DNA of 62,953 bases, counting the filler, from Circinaria calcarea (taxonomy: Eukaryota): NCBI GenBank assembly GCA_051942165.1. It is 23 parts of 23 records of this genome, joined end to end, with 100 filler letters (N's around TTAATTAATTAA, not from the genome) between each part and the next. Parts side by side here need not be neighbours in the genome. Positions count along the whole stretch, not along the records: positions 49,427 to 52,060 come from JAVECS010003374.1; positions 52,161 to 54,789 come from JAVECS010003375.1; positions 54,890 to 57,516 come from JAVECS010003376.1; positions 57,617 to 60,235 come from JAVECS010003377.1; 19 more parts are not named here. The stretch is one strand, 5' to 3'. Both the position numbers and the translations under genes were made by a program. Below are positions 49,427-60,335 of this stretch, one piece after another. The first letter of the stretch is position 1, and every line of letters begins with the position of its first letter. The notes beneath the pieces were generated by a model. It had not been told where the DNA came from, did no database searches, and was given only the letters and a program-made list of their open reading frames with translations.

Positions 49427-49505
49427 GGCTTCCATTACATGTACACCCCTTTAACCTACACGTACACCCCAAAAATCATAGTTGTACACCCCCCGGATTA
49501 GGTAA
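49427..49505 (+). repeat. MULE terminal inverted repeat (79 bp)
   Basis: GGCTTCCATTACATGTACACCCC...GGATTAGGTAA is the exact reverse complement of 51982-52060 and contains three GTACACCCC units. Confidence 0.97.
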
Positions 49506-49654
49506 TAATCGTCGTCATGTTATATAGTGGCGCGTAGTATTATTATAGATATTTGCAATGTAATACACGGGGATTCACGTTCAAATTAAGTGATATAGCC
49601 ATAGAAAATGACTTTATTTCTCCGTCATCTAACTGTATGCTGTGAAGTCTTGAA

Positions 49655-51652
49655 TTACGCTGTCAAATCGATGAAATCGATGAATGCGCCTCCATCCACT
49701 TGCCTCGTAACTTGTCCTCCACCCCTTCCACCTCTGTCACCCCTTGCTGTCCTTCCGCCACCCCTGGCACGACGCGGCCCACGGCTTCCACGACCTCTCA
49801 ATGGTCTTCCACCCTGCCCCCCCCTTGTCCTAGTATCCCCTGTAGCTTGTACATCTTCCACCCCTGCCCTCGGCCTTGCTCTTGCTCCTGTTCTTCCTCT
49901 TCCGCCGCGTCCTTCCACGAACTCGAATCCTGACAGGGCTCGTTGCGTCGAATTGGCGGGTGCTCCTGCTGTTCGAGCCCCTCGATTTCGACGTCGATTG
50001 ACCTCCGGAGCCTGTATCTGTAGCATAGGATTGATAAGCGGCCTATCAACTGGTTCCCGCTCTCGTATCAAGTGCCAATGGGGGTGGAAGTCGTCCGGAG
50101 TGAGATTTTCACCCTGGAATAGCTTATTCTGAAGCTGATGGCTGCACGGAAGACCCATTGTAGCTGTAAGTACCCCAGTGCAAGGCTGCAAAGCATTAGT
50201 ACTACCCACCACCATCTTGTACTGTTCCAAAACCTTGTTTAGAGCCAGCGGAGCCACATGGCCAACTCCGCGGTGTAAGAATGGAATCCTCAGATGATAG
50301 GGGTTACCCATTTTGGCTTCATCACGCTTGGTGATGTATTCCGCATGCTGGTTATTTAGTAGAACGATGATCTTATTAACGACTTCATGCAGGTTACCCG
50401 TAGAGATCTGAAGGTAATGCTTTAGAATGGAATGAGCGCCTTCCGCCCTAGAAGTAACTGTTATACCGAAATGCAGAACATCATTAGTATAACATGCAAC
50501 GATGTTGCGCTTGTATGGATCCAACCACGTCTTTTGCAGGTATTCTACCTCTTCTGGGTAATCGGCATAGTCTTGTTGTAGTGTAATCCATGCTTCTTCA
50601 TACTCCGCCGGGGACTGAGTATAGATAATCTTATGCCAGGCCTGGAAGAACGCTGCCCATTCGTCGTCATCGTCGAATGCAGGCTTGCAATGGGCCAGAA
50701 CAGCCTTATTCACGTGCCAAACACATATCAGAATCCTCGTAGTAGCTCCGAAGACCTGCCGAATTGCTATTATCAAAGCCTGGTCTCGATCGATTCCGAA
50801 GGCCTTTGGATATGGCAAATTGAGGCTGTCATAGACGGCTTTTATCACAGTCATTAGCCAGATATGATCTTCTTGGGCCTCACTTTCCATGAAGCCAAAA
50901 CCAACATAGAACGTAGTTCCTAAAGCCGTCACCCCGACAATGTCAGCCAATGGCATGCCGTAACCATTTGTTTTATGTGTAGCATCAATAACTAGAACAT
51001 CCGGATTGTCTTTCAAGAGCTCCTGTGACTTGTTGTAGGCAAAAAAGAGGTGGCTAAGCTTGTTAGTAGCGGCGTCTTTATGATAGGATATAAAGAAACT
51101 GTCTTCATCGCTTAGTTCCATTATGAGAGCTTGTGTTGGCGTGTAGGGACCTAAATGGTTACGACGGAGGACTGATTTGGCGTTGTACACGTCCTGAGCC
51201 TTCAATGGTAACTCCGGCTTAGTAATTCGAAGCTTATTAACAATGGTACCGGCTCTGTCACCGGCTAAAGTGTTGTCCGCAATCATTTGTAGATCATCGG
51301 GCTTGAATTTTCGAAGCGCAGGATGAGCTGACTCGATGGTTGGACCATGGTTATGCTCGCCTTCGCGTATACGGAACGTCCAACCGAGGTCTTTTTCAAT
51401 AGCCACGACGGAGAAAGGGCATTCACAACGTCTAGAAGATGTACGGCGTTTCCTAGTATCTTCAGACACCACTGGTTTATCTTTCCCACCCCGATCACAG
51501 CGTAGATATGCCTTGTAAACCATATCATCCTTCTTCTTAGAACGTTCCGTAATAATAGCATAGCCCTGAGGCCCAGCATGCTTGTTGATGGCGTCGATGA
51601 GCTCTTTGAGACTGCTGTATGTGCCATCATCAAGTGGTGGCTGTAGATCCAT
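49655..51652 (-). CDS. MULE DDE transposase, 665 aa
   Basis: FAR1/WRKY-GCM1-like zinc-binding domain (CDRGG..CECPF..HNH), catalytic VIDATHKTN, GIDRDQAL, ICVWH (CxxH) and TSRAEGAH, plus a SWIM-like motif CTGVLTATMGLPCSH. No internal stops. Confidence 0.96.
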   Translation of the reverse strand: MDLQPPLDDGTYSSLKELIDAINKHAGPQGYAIITERSKKKDDMVYKAYLRCDRGGKDKPVVSEDTRKRRTSSRRCECPFSVVAIEKDLGWTFRIREGEHNHGPTIESAHPALRKFKPDDLQMIADNTLAGDRAGTIVNKLRITKPELPLKAQDVYNAKSVLRRNHLGPYTPTQALIMELSDEDSFFISYHKDAATNKLSHLFFAYNKSQELLKDNPDVLVIDATHKTNGYGMPLADIVGVTALGTTFYVGFGFMESEAQEDHIWLMTVIKAVYDSLNLPYPKAFGIDRDQALIIAIRQVFGATTRILICVWHVNKAVLAHCKPAFDDDDEWAAFFQAWHKIIYTQSPAEYEEAWITLQQDYADYPEEVEYLQKTWLDPYKRNIVACYTNDVLHFGITVTSRAEGAHSILKHYLQISTGNLHEVVNKIIVLLNNQHAEYITKRDEAKMGNPYHLRIPFLHRGVGHVAPLALNKVLEQYKMVVGSTNALQPCTGVLTATMGLPCSHQLQNKLFQGENLTPDDFHPHWHLIREREPVDRPLINPMLQIQAPEVNRRRNRGARTAGAPANSTQRALSGFEFVEGRGGRGRTGARARPRAGVEDVQATGDTRTRGGQGGRPLRGRGSRGPRRARGGGRTARGDRGGRGGGQVTRQVDGGAFIDFIDLTA

Positions 51653-51981
51653 GTTGTCAAGTAAGGAGAAACAGAAGGAAAACTGCAGCGGTACAGAATT
51701 AAGAGAGGATTCTGGAGAGACCGTCGATCGTTACAGCAGAGTTTATTAGTGGATGCCGACGTTCTCTCAAGCTTTGCCCGCAAGACAAAGGAAAAAGAGG
51801 TAAAAGCAGAGTTCCTTTCGGAACTGCGCAAAGAAGCTAATAACGGTACGAGCAATAAGGACTTTGTCGACCTACAGTGCATAAACGTATGTGGAGGACG
51901 ATATTTCTCAGAATAATTGCATTTTCAAAGTAGAAAACCAGTGTTGGTGGGTATATACGCGAGTGCAAGAACTTTATTTTT

Positions 51982-52060
51982 TTACCTAATCCGGGGGGTG
52001 TACAACTATGATTTTTGGGGTGTACGTGTAGGTTAAAGGGGTGTACATGTAATGGAAGCC
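51982..52060 (-). repeat. MULE terminal inverted repeat (79 bp)
   Basis: Exact reverse complement of 49427-49505. Confidence 0.97.
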
Positions 52061-54130
52061 NNNNNNNNNNNNNNNNNNNNNNNNNNNNNNNNNNNNNNNN
52101 NNNNTTAATTAATTAANNNNNNNNNNNNNNNNNNNNNNNNNNNNNNNNNNNNNNNNNNNNGGAGCGGACACCTCATCAAGAGCTGTGGCAACCAGATCAA
52201 TCTAGTACGGTGAATACCCACAACAAAGAGTCACCGCCCGCTCAGGTCCAGAACACCGTGTCCCCAAATAAAGTCAGCGGCTACACATACCAAGAGCAGC
52301 CGCAGGAACCCATAGGTGCGCACATCGTTAGGCTTGAAGCACTACTGAGAGGTGCATTATTGGAACTAGAGACACTAAAACGAATTGCAAGATAAGTTGT
52401 TGGAAAGGCTAGGGCGATAATGGGGTACTGTGGAGTAGAGCACCTTACCATTTGCCATCAGCAATTATGTCGTCGTCAGTTCGATAAAAACATCAAGAAA
52501 GATGCAGGATGTTATTTACACCGAAGAAGCTGGTTCTAGATAACAATTCTGTCGATAGCTAACCAAATTTCGGTATTCCCAGCTTTGGGAGTAAGCTTGG
52601 CTATAAGCTAGGATAGGCACATTGCCTGCAGACAAAGATGGCATTACATGCCAGAATGCTGATTACCGCAATTAAAACGAAATCATGTTGGGTGCTGGAT
52701 CCTATCCAAGGGCAGGAGGCTGACATCTAGGAGCCTCAGTCCTTTCACCTTGCTTTAGCATTTTATATACATTGACCTGAAACAACAGAAACCTTGAGCT
52801 TCATTGAATACTTGCACAAATCTTGATCAGCCTTATTACTATAACATTATCATATTACAATTAACATCTTGATTTCGGATTAATATAAGCCTGCGTCCTA
52901 ATGCTTCTTTCAAAACGTCAACGTCGGTCTCATGCTTTTTGCGTGCCGTAGTGACAAGATGAACCATCATGCTTTTACATCGCTTTTGCATCCCTTCCCG
53001 ACTCATGTATAAATTCTCCCAGCTCACCTGACTCATTATGGTTTTCCATTGCTGGAGTAAGTGGAGGTTACTTGGAAAAGCAAATGGCGAGGGTTGAGGT
53101 TCAGTGCAGAGAGTAGGGAAAGAAGCCGATGCTGTTGACCTGGATGGGAGTTTGGGAAGCCCAACGGGGTCGGGGAATGAGGATGGAGGAGGTATGAGTA
53201 AATCGAGGGAAGCTCGGCGTGTACTTCAAGTCTGTAAACATTACGGTTTGACTGCCTTTGTTTTTGAAGTAGGAAATTCCTCGCATCGGCTTCGCAAGTC
53301 CCGTTTTTTTCTTGAAAATGTACGACTCTCCGGTATCGATTTCCTTCTACTTTCGGTTCTGTGTAGTTTACGCGTGTGTATTGGATAGAGTATCTTTGAT
53401 TCGGTGGGGAGAGAGAGGATGGGTGGTTTAGGCCCACCAGTACAACATCTGGCTTAGAGTATCCGTGCCGGGCTGCCGTACATAACAAACTTCTAAGGAG
53501 AATTACCTAAACCCCCAGACCCCTAAATGTTCTTTAATTTCGGAGGAAACCCGATATTAAATAGACAGAAAGAACCTGCACTTTGCCTACATGGGCAGGA
53601 AACTGCTTTACAGTATGTTGGAATCTTATCGGAAGGTCTTAGCTCTATTCTGATTACTCGGGCATTCGGACCATCCGAGCCGAGCTTTAGGAGTATATAG
53701 AATGCCGTTCCGAACTCACGGGTAATTGCACGAGAGAAAATCAACTCGGCCATACATATAGAAGGCGGCCCTCTGGGGTAGACGATTTGAAGCCTTAAGA
53801 ATGGTAATTAGACTGCTGGGCCCCTTCAGTTACTCGTTCTCTATCCAGGATGAGTATGATGGTTCGCTATCAGAAATAGCAAGATTCAGGGCGAGACACC
53901 GACAATTACCGGCCCGGCTGTGATTGGTGCTTCACCGCTGTCAATGATGTTACACGAAAGCCTGATGAACGGCAGGCTGCAGAGAGTATACTGGATGGAT
54001 CTCCACACTACCTTCTTCCGTGATGAAGGAGGAAAGAAACCAGTGGAAGAAGAACATACATCTGCCAGTTACACAAATAAAGCATTTCCTGCCTCTACTT
54101 TGTGTTACTATACGAATAATACAGCTCTAG

Positions 54131-54789
54131 ATGACGACCAATTCTGAAGCCTGCGACGATGCCCGGGCAGGCAAACTTACTAGATTCTTCCATTCTGCCT
54201 TATCCGGCAAACAGCCCCTACAAACTTCTCAGCACGGCAACTTATTCATCGAGGCTATCTGTGCACAGCCTGACCATGCAACGTGCATCAACAAGTTGGT
54301 AACTAGTCCGAAAGGTCTATCTTCACTGCAAGCTTGTATGCGCTTTGATACGTCTCCAAAGTTCTTCAATGGTTTGGCGACTTTGCTCTTCAAGTATATA
54401 CAAGTCCCCACTCTGAAGAGCATATCTGGAGGTGAATTGTTGAACCAGATTGTCCTTTGCATAGTAGAACCGCCGATTTTTTGGAATCATTTTCTCCAAG
54501 CATACAAGGACGACTGCCTGGTCCCTGATGCTCAGCATTCATTTGGATGGCTTCTTTTGGAACTTATTTCTCTTCCCGGGGATAAGGCTCTAGCATACTA
54601 TGCGACCGCGCAAGATCCTCTCATACAAACACGTCTGCTTAATTCCACACAGTTTGAAATCCGGACTGTGGGTCAGAAGATCAAGCATGTCCTATCTAGC
54701 CTCCTCTCGCCAACCACCTTTGAAGGGCCTTATGGTCCTGGAGGCCGTCATGATAATGACTTCCTCGACTTCCGTCAAATCTCCATCCT
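54131..54789 (+). CDS. ZNFX1-like (UPF1-superfamily) helicase, N-terminal part; 3' truncated
   Basis: GPGGRHDNDFLDFRQISIL is the conserved ZNFX1-type N-terminal motif, preceded by a helical region (EPPIFWNHF, FGWLLLEL). Confidence 0.8.
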
Positions 54790-54931
54790 NNNNNNNNNNN
54801 NNNNNNNNNNNNNNNNNNNNNNNNNNNNNNNNNTTAATTAATTAANNNNNNNNNNNNNNNNNNNNNNNNNNNNNNNNNNNNNNNNNNNNCAGCGACCTTC
54901 ATGAAGGACCTCTAGACGCATATTTACATAC

Positions 54932-55132
54932 TAGGGTCAAGAGCGAAGTTTTCCCCGAGCCGCTTGGCCCGACCAGAAGGAATGAAGGTAGAGATGTCGT
55001 TGACGTCGAGCGATAGATGAGAAGGTGGAGAAGCAGCGGTATCGATAGCGCAAGGACCAGAGTAGTTACGATTGCTAGGGGGGATGGTCCCAGGAGGTTC
55101 GATATCAGACTCTGTGACTCGGACCAAGGCAT
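54932..55132 (-). CDS. SRP102: SRP receptor beta subunit, first exon
   Basis: N-terminal TM helix followed directly by P-loop FLLVGPSGSGKTSLLTL, then a GTATGT donor. Confidence 0.8.
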
Positions 55133-55493
55133 TACTGCAGCTGTCGATATTGTAAATATTGGAGAGGTCGAAATCTCCATCTTCCATGGAATTATTTGGG
55201 CGGGGTGCCGAGGGTACTACTTCGTGATACGGTGGCCCTATAATAATAGAATACGCCGACTCGTCAGCTCGCAAAGCGAAGTTAGACGGGGATCTCCATG
55301 AGGCACCTATGCTACGCACAGACTATAGTGTCATCAGCAAGACGAAACAGACCAGATTCTCGTGATATCTATTCAGCGGTACGCAGTTTGTCCCCCGCCA
55401 GGCATCACCTATCCACGTGCAGGATTCCCGAGGCACACGCGACAGCCCGCAAAGCATGCAGTGATCCAAAGCCAACACTCGTCTTGACCCAAC

Positions 55494-57516
55494 ATGCATG
55501 GCAATCTCGCGGTTATTGAAGCAGAGGGAAGGGGAGACAAAGATGTGGCTCAACCGGGCATGCCTCATGGGAAAGCAAGTGCTATACCTCCACAAATCAC
55601 TACCGATGAGGGGGTTGAACTAGCAGACATCCTTGATGACGAGACGAAACAGCCATTGCTCGAAGATGTAATGCAACTCGCCCGGTTGGGAGAGGTCGGC
55701 CCCATCCAAAGACTCCTCGAACAAGGCAAAATTGGACCAAACTTCTACGATACGGAAGGTATCACCCCGTTACATGTATGCCGAAGTGAGATGTCTTCTC
55801 TTTTCATCGGCCCAATGTACACTAACTATGGCTCTAGTGGGCGGCCATCAACAACAAGTACGCATTATGCAAGTTCTTGATCGACTCTGGGGCCGATGTC
55901 AATGCCAAAGGTGGACAGGCTCTTGCAACGCCTACAATGTGGGCCGTCCAAAGGTGCCATTACTACATTGTTCATTTGCTTCTGCAGTCTGGCGCGGACC
56001 CGCTTCTAACTGATGCCCAAGGGTACAACATACTTCACCTTGCTACTTTTGATGGCAATGCGTTCCTGCTTGTACTCCTTTTGCACCAGAACATTCCTAT
56101 CGACGGGCCGGATCTTCACGGGCATACATGTCTGATGTGGGCTGCATACAAGGGCTATGCAGCCTGCGTAGACTTGTTCCTACGATGGGGAGCTAGCGTT
56201 AACGCAACAGATGAGAACGGTTTTACCGCATTGCATTGGGCGGTGAATACAGGCTCGCAGCTGTGTATGCAAAAGTTGATTGAATATGGCTCCGATCGTT
56301 CAGCGGAAACTCTTGACAAAAAGACACCTGATACCATTGCTGCGGATACCAAGACAGCTCGATTATGGCATCAAGCTCTTCGAAACTGTGGCTACGACGA
56401 CAGTGGCAACCCTCGACACCCAAACCTGCCTTTTGGGGTAATTCTCAAACGGCGCAGCTTTCTCAATCGGTTCTTCTTTCTCAGTCCCTTCTTTCTAGTA
56501 TTCCTAATTGTTTACATTCTAAGCGGCATGGCTATATACGCAGCAGTACCCGTTGCTGTCTTCTGCGCGTGCCTTTTGCAATGGGCTGCCCAGCAACTGC
56601 TTTCGTGGGCTCCCTCCGATATAGGCCATCTCCACCAAACCGTAAGCCTTTCGACTAGTCTTTTGTGGAAGGGATAGTCTAACTCACAGAGCCTCTAGCC
56701 CTATTTGGCCGGAGTATTTGCTGCTACTTGCTTCTGGGTCGGCGCGAGATGGTTATTCAAGGTCCTTCCTAGTAAGTTCAGCGATCTTCTTGTAACGTGG
56801 CTAACTGACTTCAAGACACCTATCAAACGAACCCATTTCTAAACGTCCTGTTTGCAATCTCTTATGTCTTCTGTTCTTTCTTTTATACCCTGAGCATGAT
56901 TGAAGATCCGGGATATGTACCGAAATCTGGGAGCCGGGCTCAGCAAAAAGCGGCCATAGAAGAGCTTCTGAGTCTCTGGAACTTTGATGATCGGAACTTT
57001 TGCGTGCAGTGCATGATACGCAGGCCGCTCCGAAGCAAACATTGTAAGAGATGTAAGCGGTGTGTAGCCAAACACGATCAGTGAGCGGATCTGCTATTCA
57101 AAGCCGTAATTCTCGGTAAAAAACTGACGTTGGCAGTCATTGTCCTTGGGTGTACAACTGCGTTGGAGTCAACAACCTTCGACATTTCTTTTTGTATATT
57201 CTGTTCATGGAGATGGGTATTATTACCTTTGTCCGTCTAGTTATTGCTCGTATGACCCACAAGGAGCTTGTTCTGCTTACATAACTAATCCGGGCTGTAT
57301 AGATCTCGAGAACTCTCCTTCACCAATCCGGACTGAATGCAATGTACTCGCAGAGTCCATTTGCAGAATTATCCTACGTGATAATTTTACCGTGGTCCTA
57401 ACGATATGGGCGAGTCTGCAGCTAACGTGGGTCACCATGTTACTCTTCGTACAGCTAGTGCAGATCTCGAGAGCAAAAACGACATATGAGAGCATGCGAG
57501 GTCAAACCAACCAAAA
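55494..57516 (+). CDS. AKR1: Ankyrin-DHHC palmitoyltransferase Akr1, multi-exon; 3' truncated
   Basis: Ankyrin repeats ([24 protein letters not shown]), TM segments, and [38 protein letters not shown] across an intron. Confidence 0.95.
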
Positions 57517-57616
57517 NNNNNNNNNNNNNNNNNNNNNNNNNNNNNNNNNNNNNNNNNNNNTTAATTAATTAANNNNNNNNNNNNNNNNNNNNNNNNNNNN
57601 NNNNNNNNNNNNNNNN

Positions 57617-58602
57617 CCAACCACACCAATTTTCCCTAGAGGAAATTAGAAATGTCATCCGTGTGGCATATGTTGAGCTTCCTGGCCAGATTCACCCCAG
57701 ATCCATAGAGCGGATGATCCGGATCTCAATTCAACACTGGGAAAATTTGACAACACGATTCTTAGACGAGACTGAGCAACTTTGTGGGCGACTCATCAAG
57801 CAGCGTGTAGATGATATCTTTGGGCCATTGATGCTTACACTATTATACCGTGACACCATCAAGATTTGTGGTGATTTCATTCAGAAAGCAATGGAAGAAC
57901 AGCGAGCTGCATCGATACGTAATTTCAAGATGGAATCATACAAGCCCATGACCTTCAACGGGGAAGCTTTGAACCAGGCGTGCGAGACCGCAAGACAGCA
58001 TTTACAAGCTGCTCGTCGTAAACAACGGTGCATCATGTTGCTGGACGACTTAGAGGCGAAAAATGGGAAGTCTACAAACGGCCCAGCCAGAGAAAAGGAA
58101 CTCCTCAAAATTACAGACGCCCAGCTCGGTATAGATAAGTACAGCCAGGAGATAGTCGCATTAAGTGTAAGTGAAAGCTGCGGAAGAAAAGGGTAACAAA
58201 CTGACTTAAATGCAGAAGGTAAGGGGATACTATGAACATGCATCCTCCCGATATGTCGACGCGATTGGCCAAGGTGTACAATGCGAGCTATTCAACAATT
58301 GCAGAAACGAGTTACCAGCTCTCCTTGTACGAAAACTTGGTATAGATCAAGATGATGGTAAATCATCTTATCGAACATCCAGTTAGGAAATAGCTGACTC
58401 AATGCTAGCCCACGAGAAATGCTACTTACTCTTGACTGTAGACGAGAAGTCGACGCTGAGGCGCTTGCAGTTAGAGAAGGAAGAGACTACCCTAGGGAAA
58501 GCCAAGAAGCAACTCCGAGAACTCGAACAGGATACACCGGGAGGAGAGGATAGCCAGGATGCACCGAAGGATGAAGGTAGCCAGGATACCATGATGAGCT
58601 AG
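57617..58602 (+). CDS. Dynamin-family (Mx/Vps1-like) GTPase, middle/GED C-terminal part; two introns
   Basis: ELPGQIHPRSIERMI, 'ESYKPMTFN', then spliced KVRGYYEHASSRYVDAIGQGVQCELF and 'STLRRLQLEKEETTLGKAKKQL', typical of the GED. Confidence 0.8.
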
Positions 58603-59239
58603 GCCTTGGCGAACGACTTCGCTTTCCCCCCTTCCGCTGGTAGATTGTTGAAAAGATTCATTCATGTCTGTACTATGTTCTTCATTAGCTCGGATCTTGG
58701 GCGGAGATGAATGCATGAGTGTGTATTGCGGTGGATATGATAATCTTCAAAGAATGTGGCATCTGAGACTCAGCTTGAAGAATTGAAAGAAAGCTACAGT
58801 GCGAGAGTCAGAACACTCTTGAATCTGTCAGGTTTATGTTCAGATAGTCTAGATAAAGTAGGAAGCACCAGTAGAAAAAGTGACCACTAATTCTAGTAAC
58901 AAAGATTGAGGTTCAAACCGCCCTGGATTGATTCTATGGGAGCTATTCTTACTATGTAGGGAATCAACACAAACAGACTGGTTGAGATGCACGTATCCGC
59001 GTTTGTTATGCGCTGTTCCCCACTCCAGTGAACGCTCGAACCTATTAGCCCTTGGACCAATGTTGATAATGGCATTGCCATAAGGTGATGATCTAAATGT
59101 TCAGTCAAAGTAATAGGGGACGTGACTCATATCACCCCAGTGCCCCTTCGGTGACAATCTAGAGAAATGAAGTCGGTTAAAGTTTTGAGGGCCACCCTTA
59201 CTCACAATCCTAAAAATTCTTTGGAAACTCACAGCAGCT

Positions 59240-60235
59240 ATGGCAGAATCAGCAGATGGCCAAATGGCCAATCTGCAACTTGATGAAGTCACTGGTGAGA
59301 GAGTGAGGTGAGTGTCGCCAGCTCACCATGTTCTTTGTTCAATTCATTGATTTGACCACAGCAAATCCGAACTCAAAAGGCGTAAGAAGCAGCGCGAACA
59401 AGAAGAGAGGAACAGGGCAAGGGCTGCTGCAGCTCCCCCTCGAACTGAACAACACAAGTCTCCGGAAGAGGAGGAGAACAATCTGACGCCCAATGTCTGT
59501 GCTTTCCTAGCAAGCTGTTATTTAGAGTAGATGGTCCCCAATTGCTAACTCCAGGCTTAGCAATACTTCGAGATCCGGTCTGCTAAAATTAAGAAACTTC
59601 GCGAGAATAAGGATCCAAACCCATATCCCCACAAATTCCATACCAACACCGACCTTCGTGACTTCCTTAAGAAATATGAGTCAATCAAAACCGGAGAGCA
59701 CCGAACAGATGTGGAGGTCAGAGTTGGCGGGAGGATATATACCAAACGGAGTGCAGGCTCTAAGCTTGTTTTCTACGACATCAGGGCAGAAGGGGTCAAG
59801 GTTCAGGTCATGTGTCAAGCACAGGAAGCTGCTGGATCAGTGCCGTTCGAGCAGCAGCATGAGCATTTACGCAGAGGAGATATCATTGGTATAGTGGGGT
59901 ACCCAGGACGGACTGCACCTCGAAATCGCCCAGAGGGAGAATTGTCAATCTTTGCAAAAGAGGTCATATTGCTTACGCCATGCCTGCACCAGATCCCTTC
60001 TGAACATTACGGGTTCAAGGATCAAGAACAGAGGTATCGTCAACGGTATCTGGACCTCATTATGAACGAAAACTCCCGCAACGTCTTCATTACACGCTCC
60101 AAGATAATCACTTACGTTCGACGATACTTTGATGAGAAAGATTTCATCGAGGTCGAAACACCCATGATGAATGCCATAGCCGGCGGTGCGACAGCCAAAC
60201 CTTTCATTACCCATCATAACGATTTGAATATGGAC
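59240..60235 (+). CDS. KRS1: Cytosolic lysyl-tRNA synthetase (class II), N-terminal part with two introns
   Basis: LDEVTGERV/SKSELKRRKKQRE, PYPHKF, KLVFYDI, RRGDIIG, RYRQRYLDLIMN and FIEVETPMMNAIAGGATAKPFITHHN. Confidence 0.97.
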
Positions 60236-60335
60236 NNNNNNNNNNNNNNNNNNNNNNNNNNNNNNNNNNNNNNNNNNNNTTAATTAATTAANNNNNNNNN
60301 NNNNNNNNNNNNNNNNNNNNNNNNNNNNNNNNNNN

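Larger units (their letters stand above)
49427..52060 (-). mobile_element. Complete Mutator-like (MULE, Hop/FAR1-type) DNA transposon, 2634 bp
   Basis: Perfect 79-bp TIRs sit at both contig ends and enclose one intact transposase ORF. Confidence 0.97.

Noticed and set aside
49608..50132. 174-aa antisense ORF in the MULE as a mudrB-like second gene
   Set aside because: It fully overlaps the transposase C-terminus and is the Pro/Leu-rich mirror of the RGG tail. No independent coding signal.
51665..51915. Protein-like plus-strand frame between the transposase start and the TIR
   Set aside because: It has no ATG, is under 90 codons and shows no recognisable domain.
33003..58602. NLR-ankyrin, SRPK, P450, MULE, ZNFX1 and dynamin as a 'defence island' or gene cluster
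   Set aside because: Each lies on a separate contig placed by length only, so there is no evidence of physical linkage.
2700..60291. TTAATTAATTAA recurring about every 2.7 kb, resembling a regularly spaced array or CRISPR
   Set aside because: It is always embedded in 44-N blocks. It is an artificial all-frame-stop linker between length-sorted contigs.
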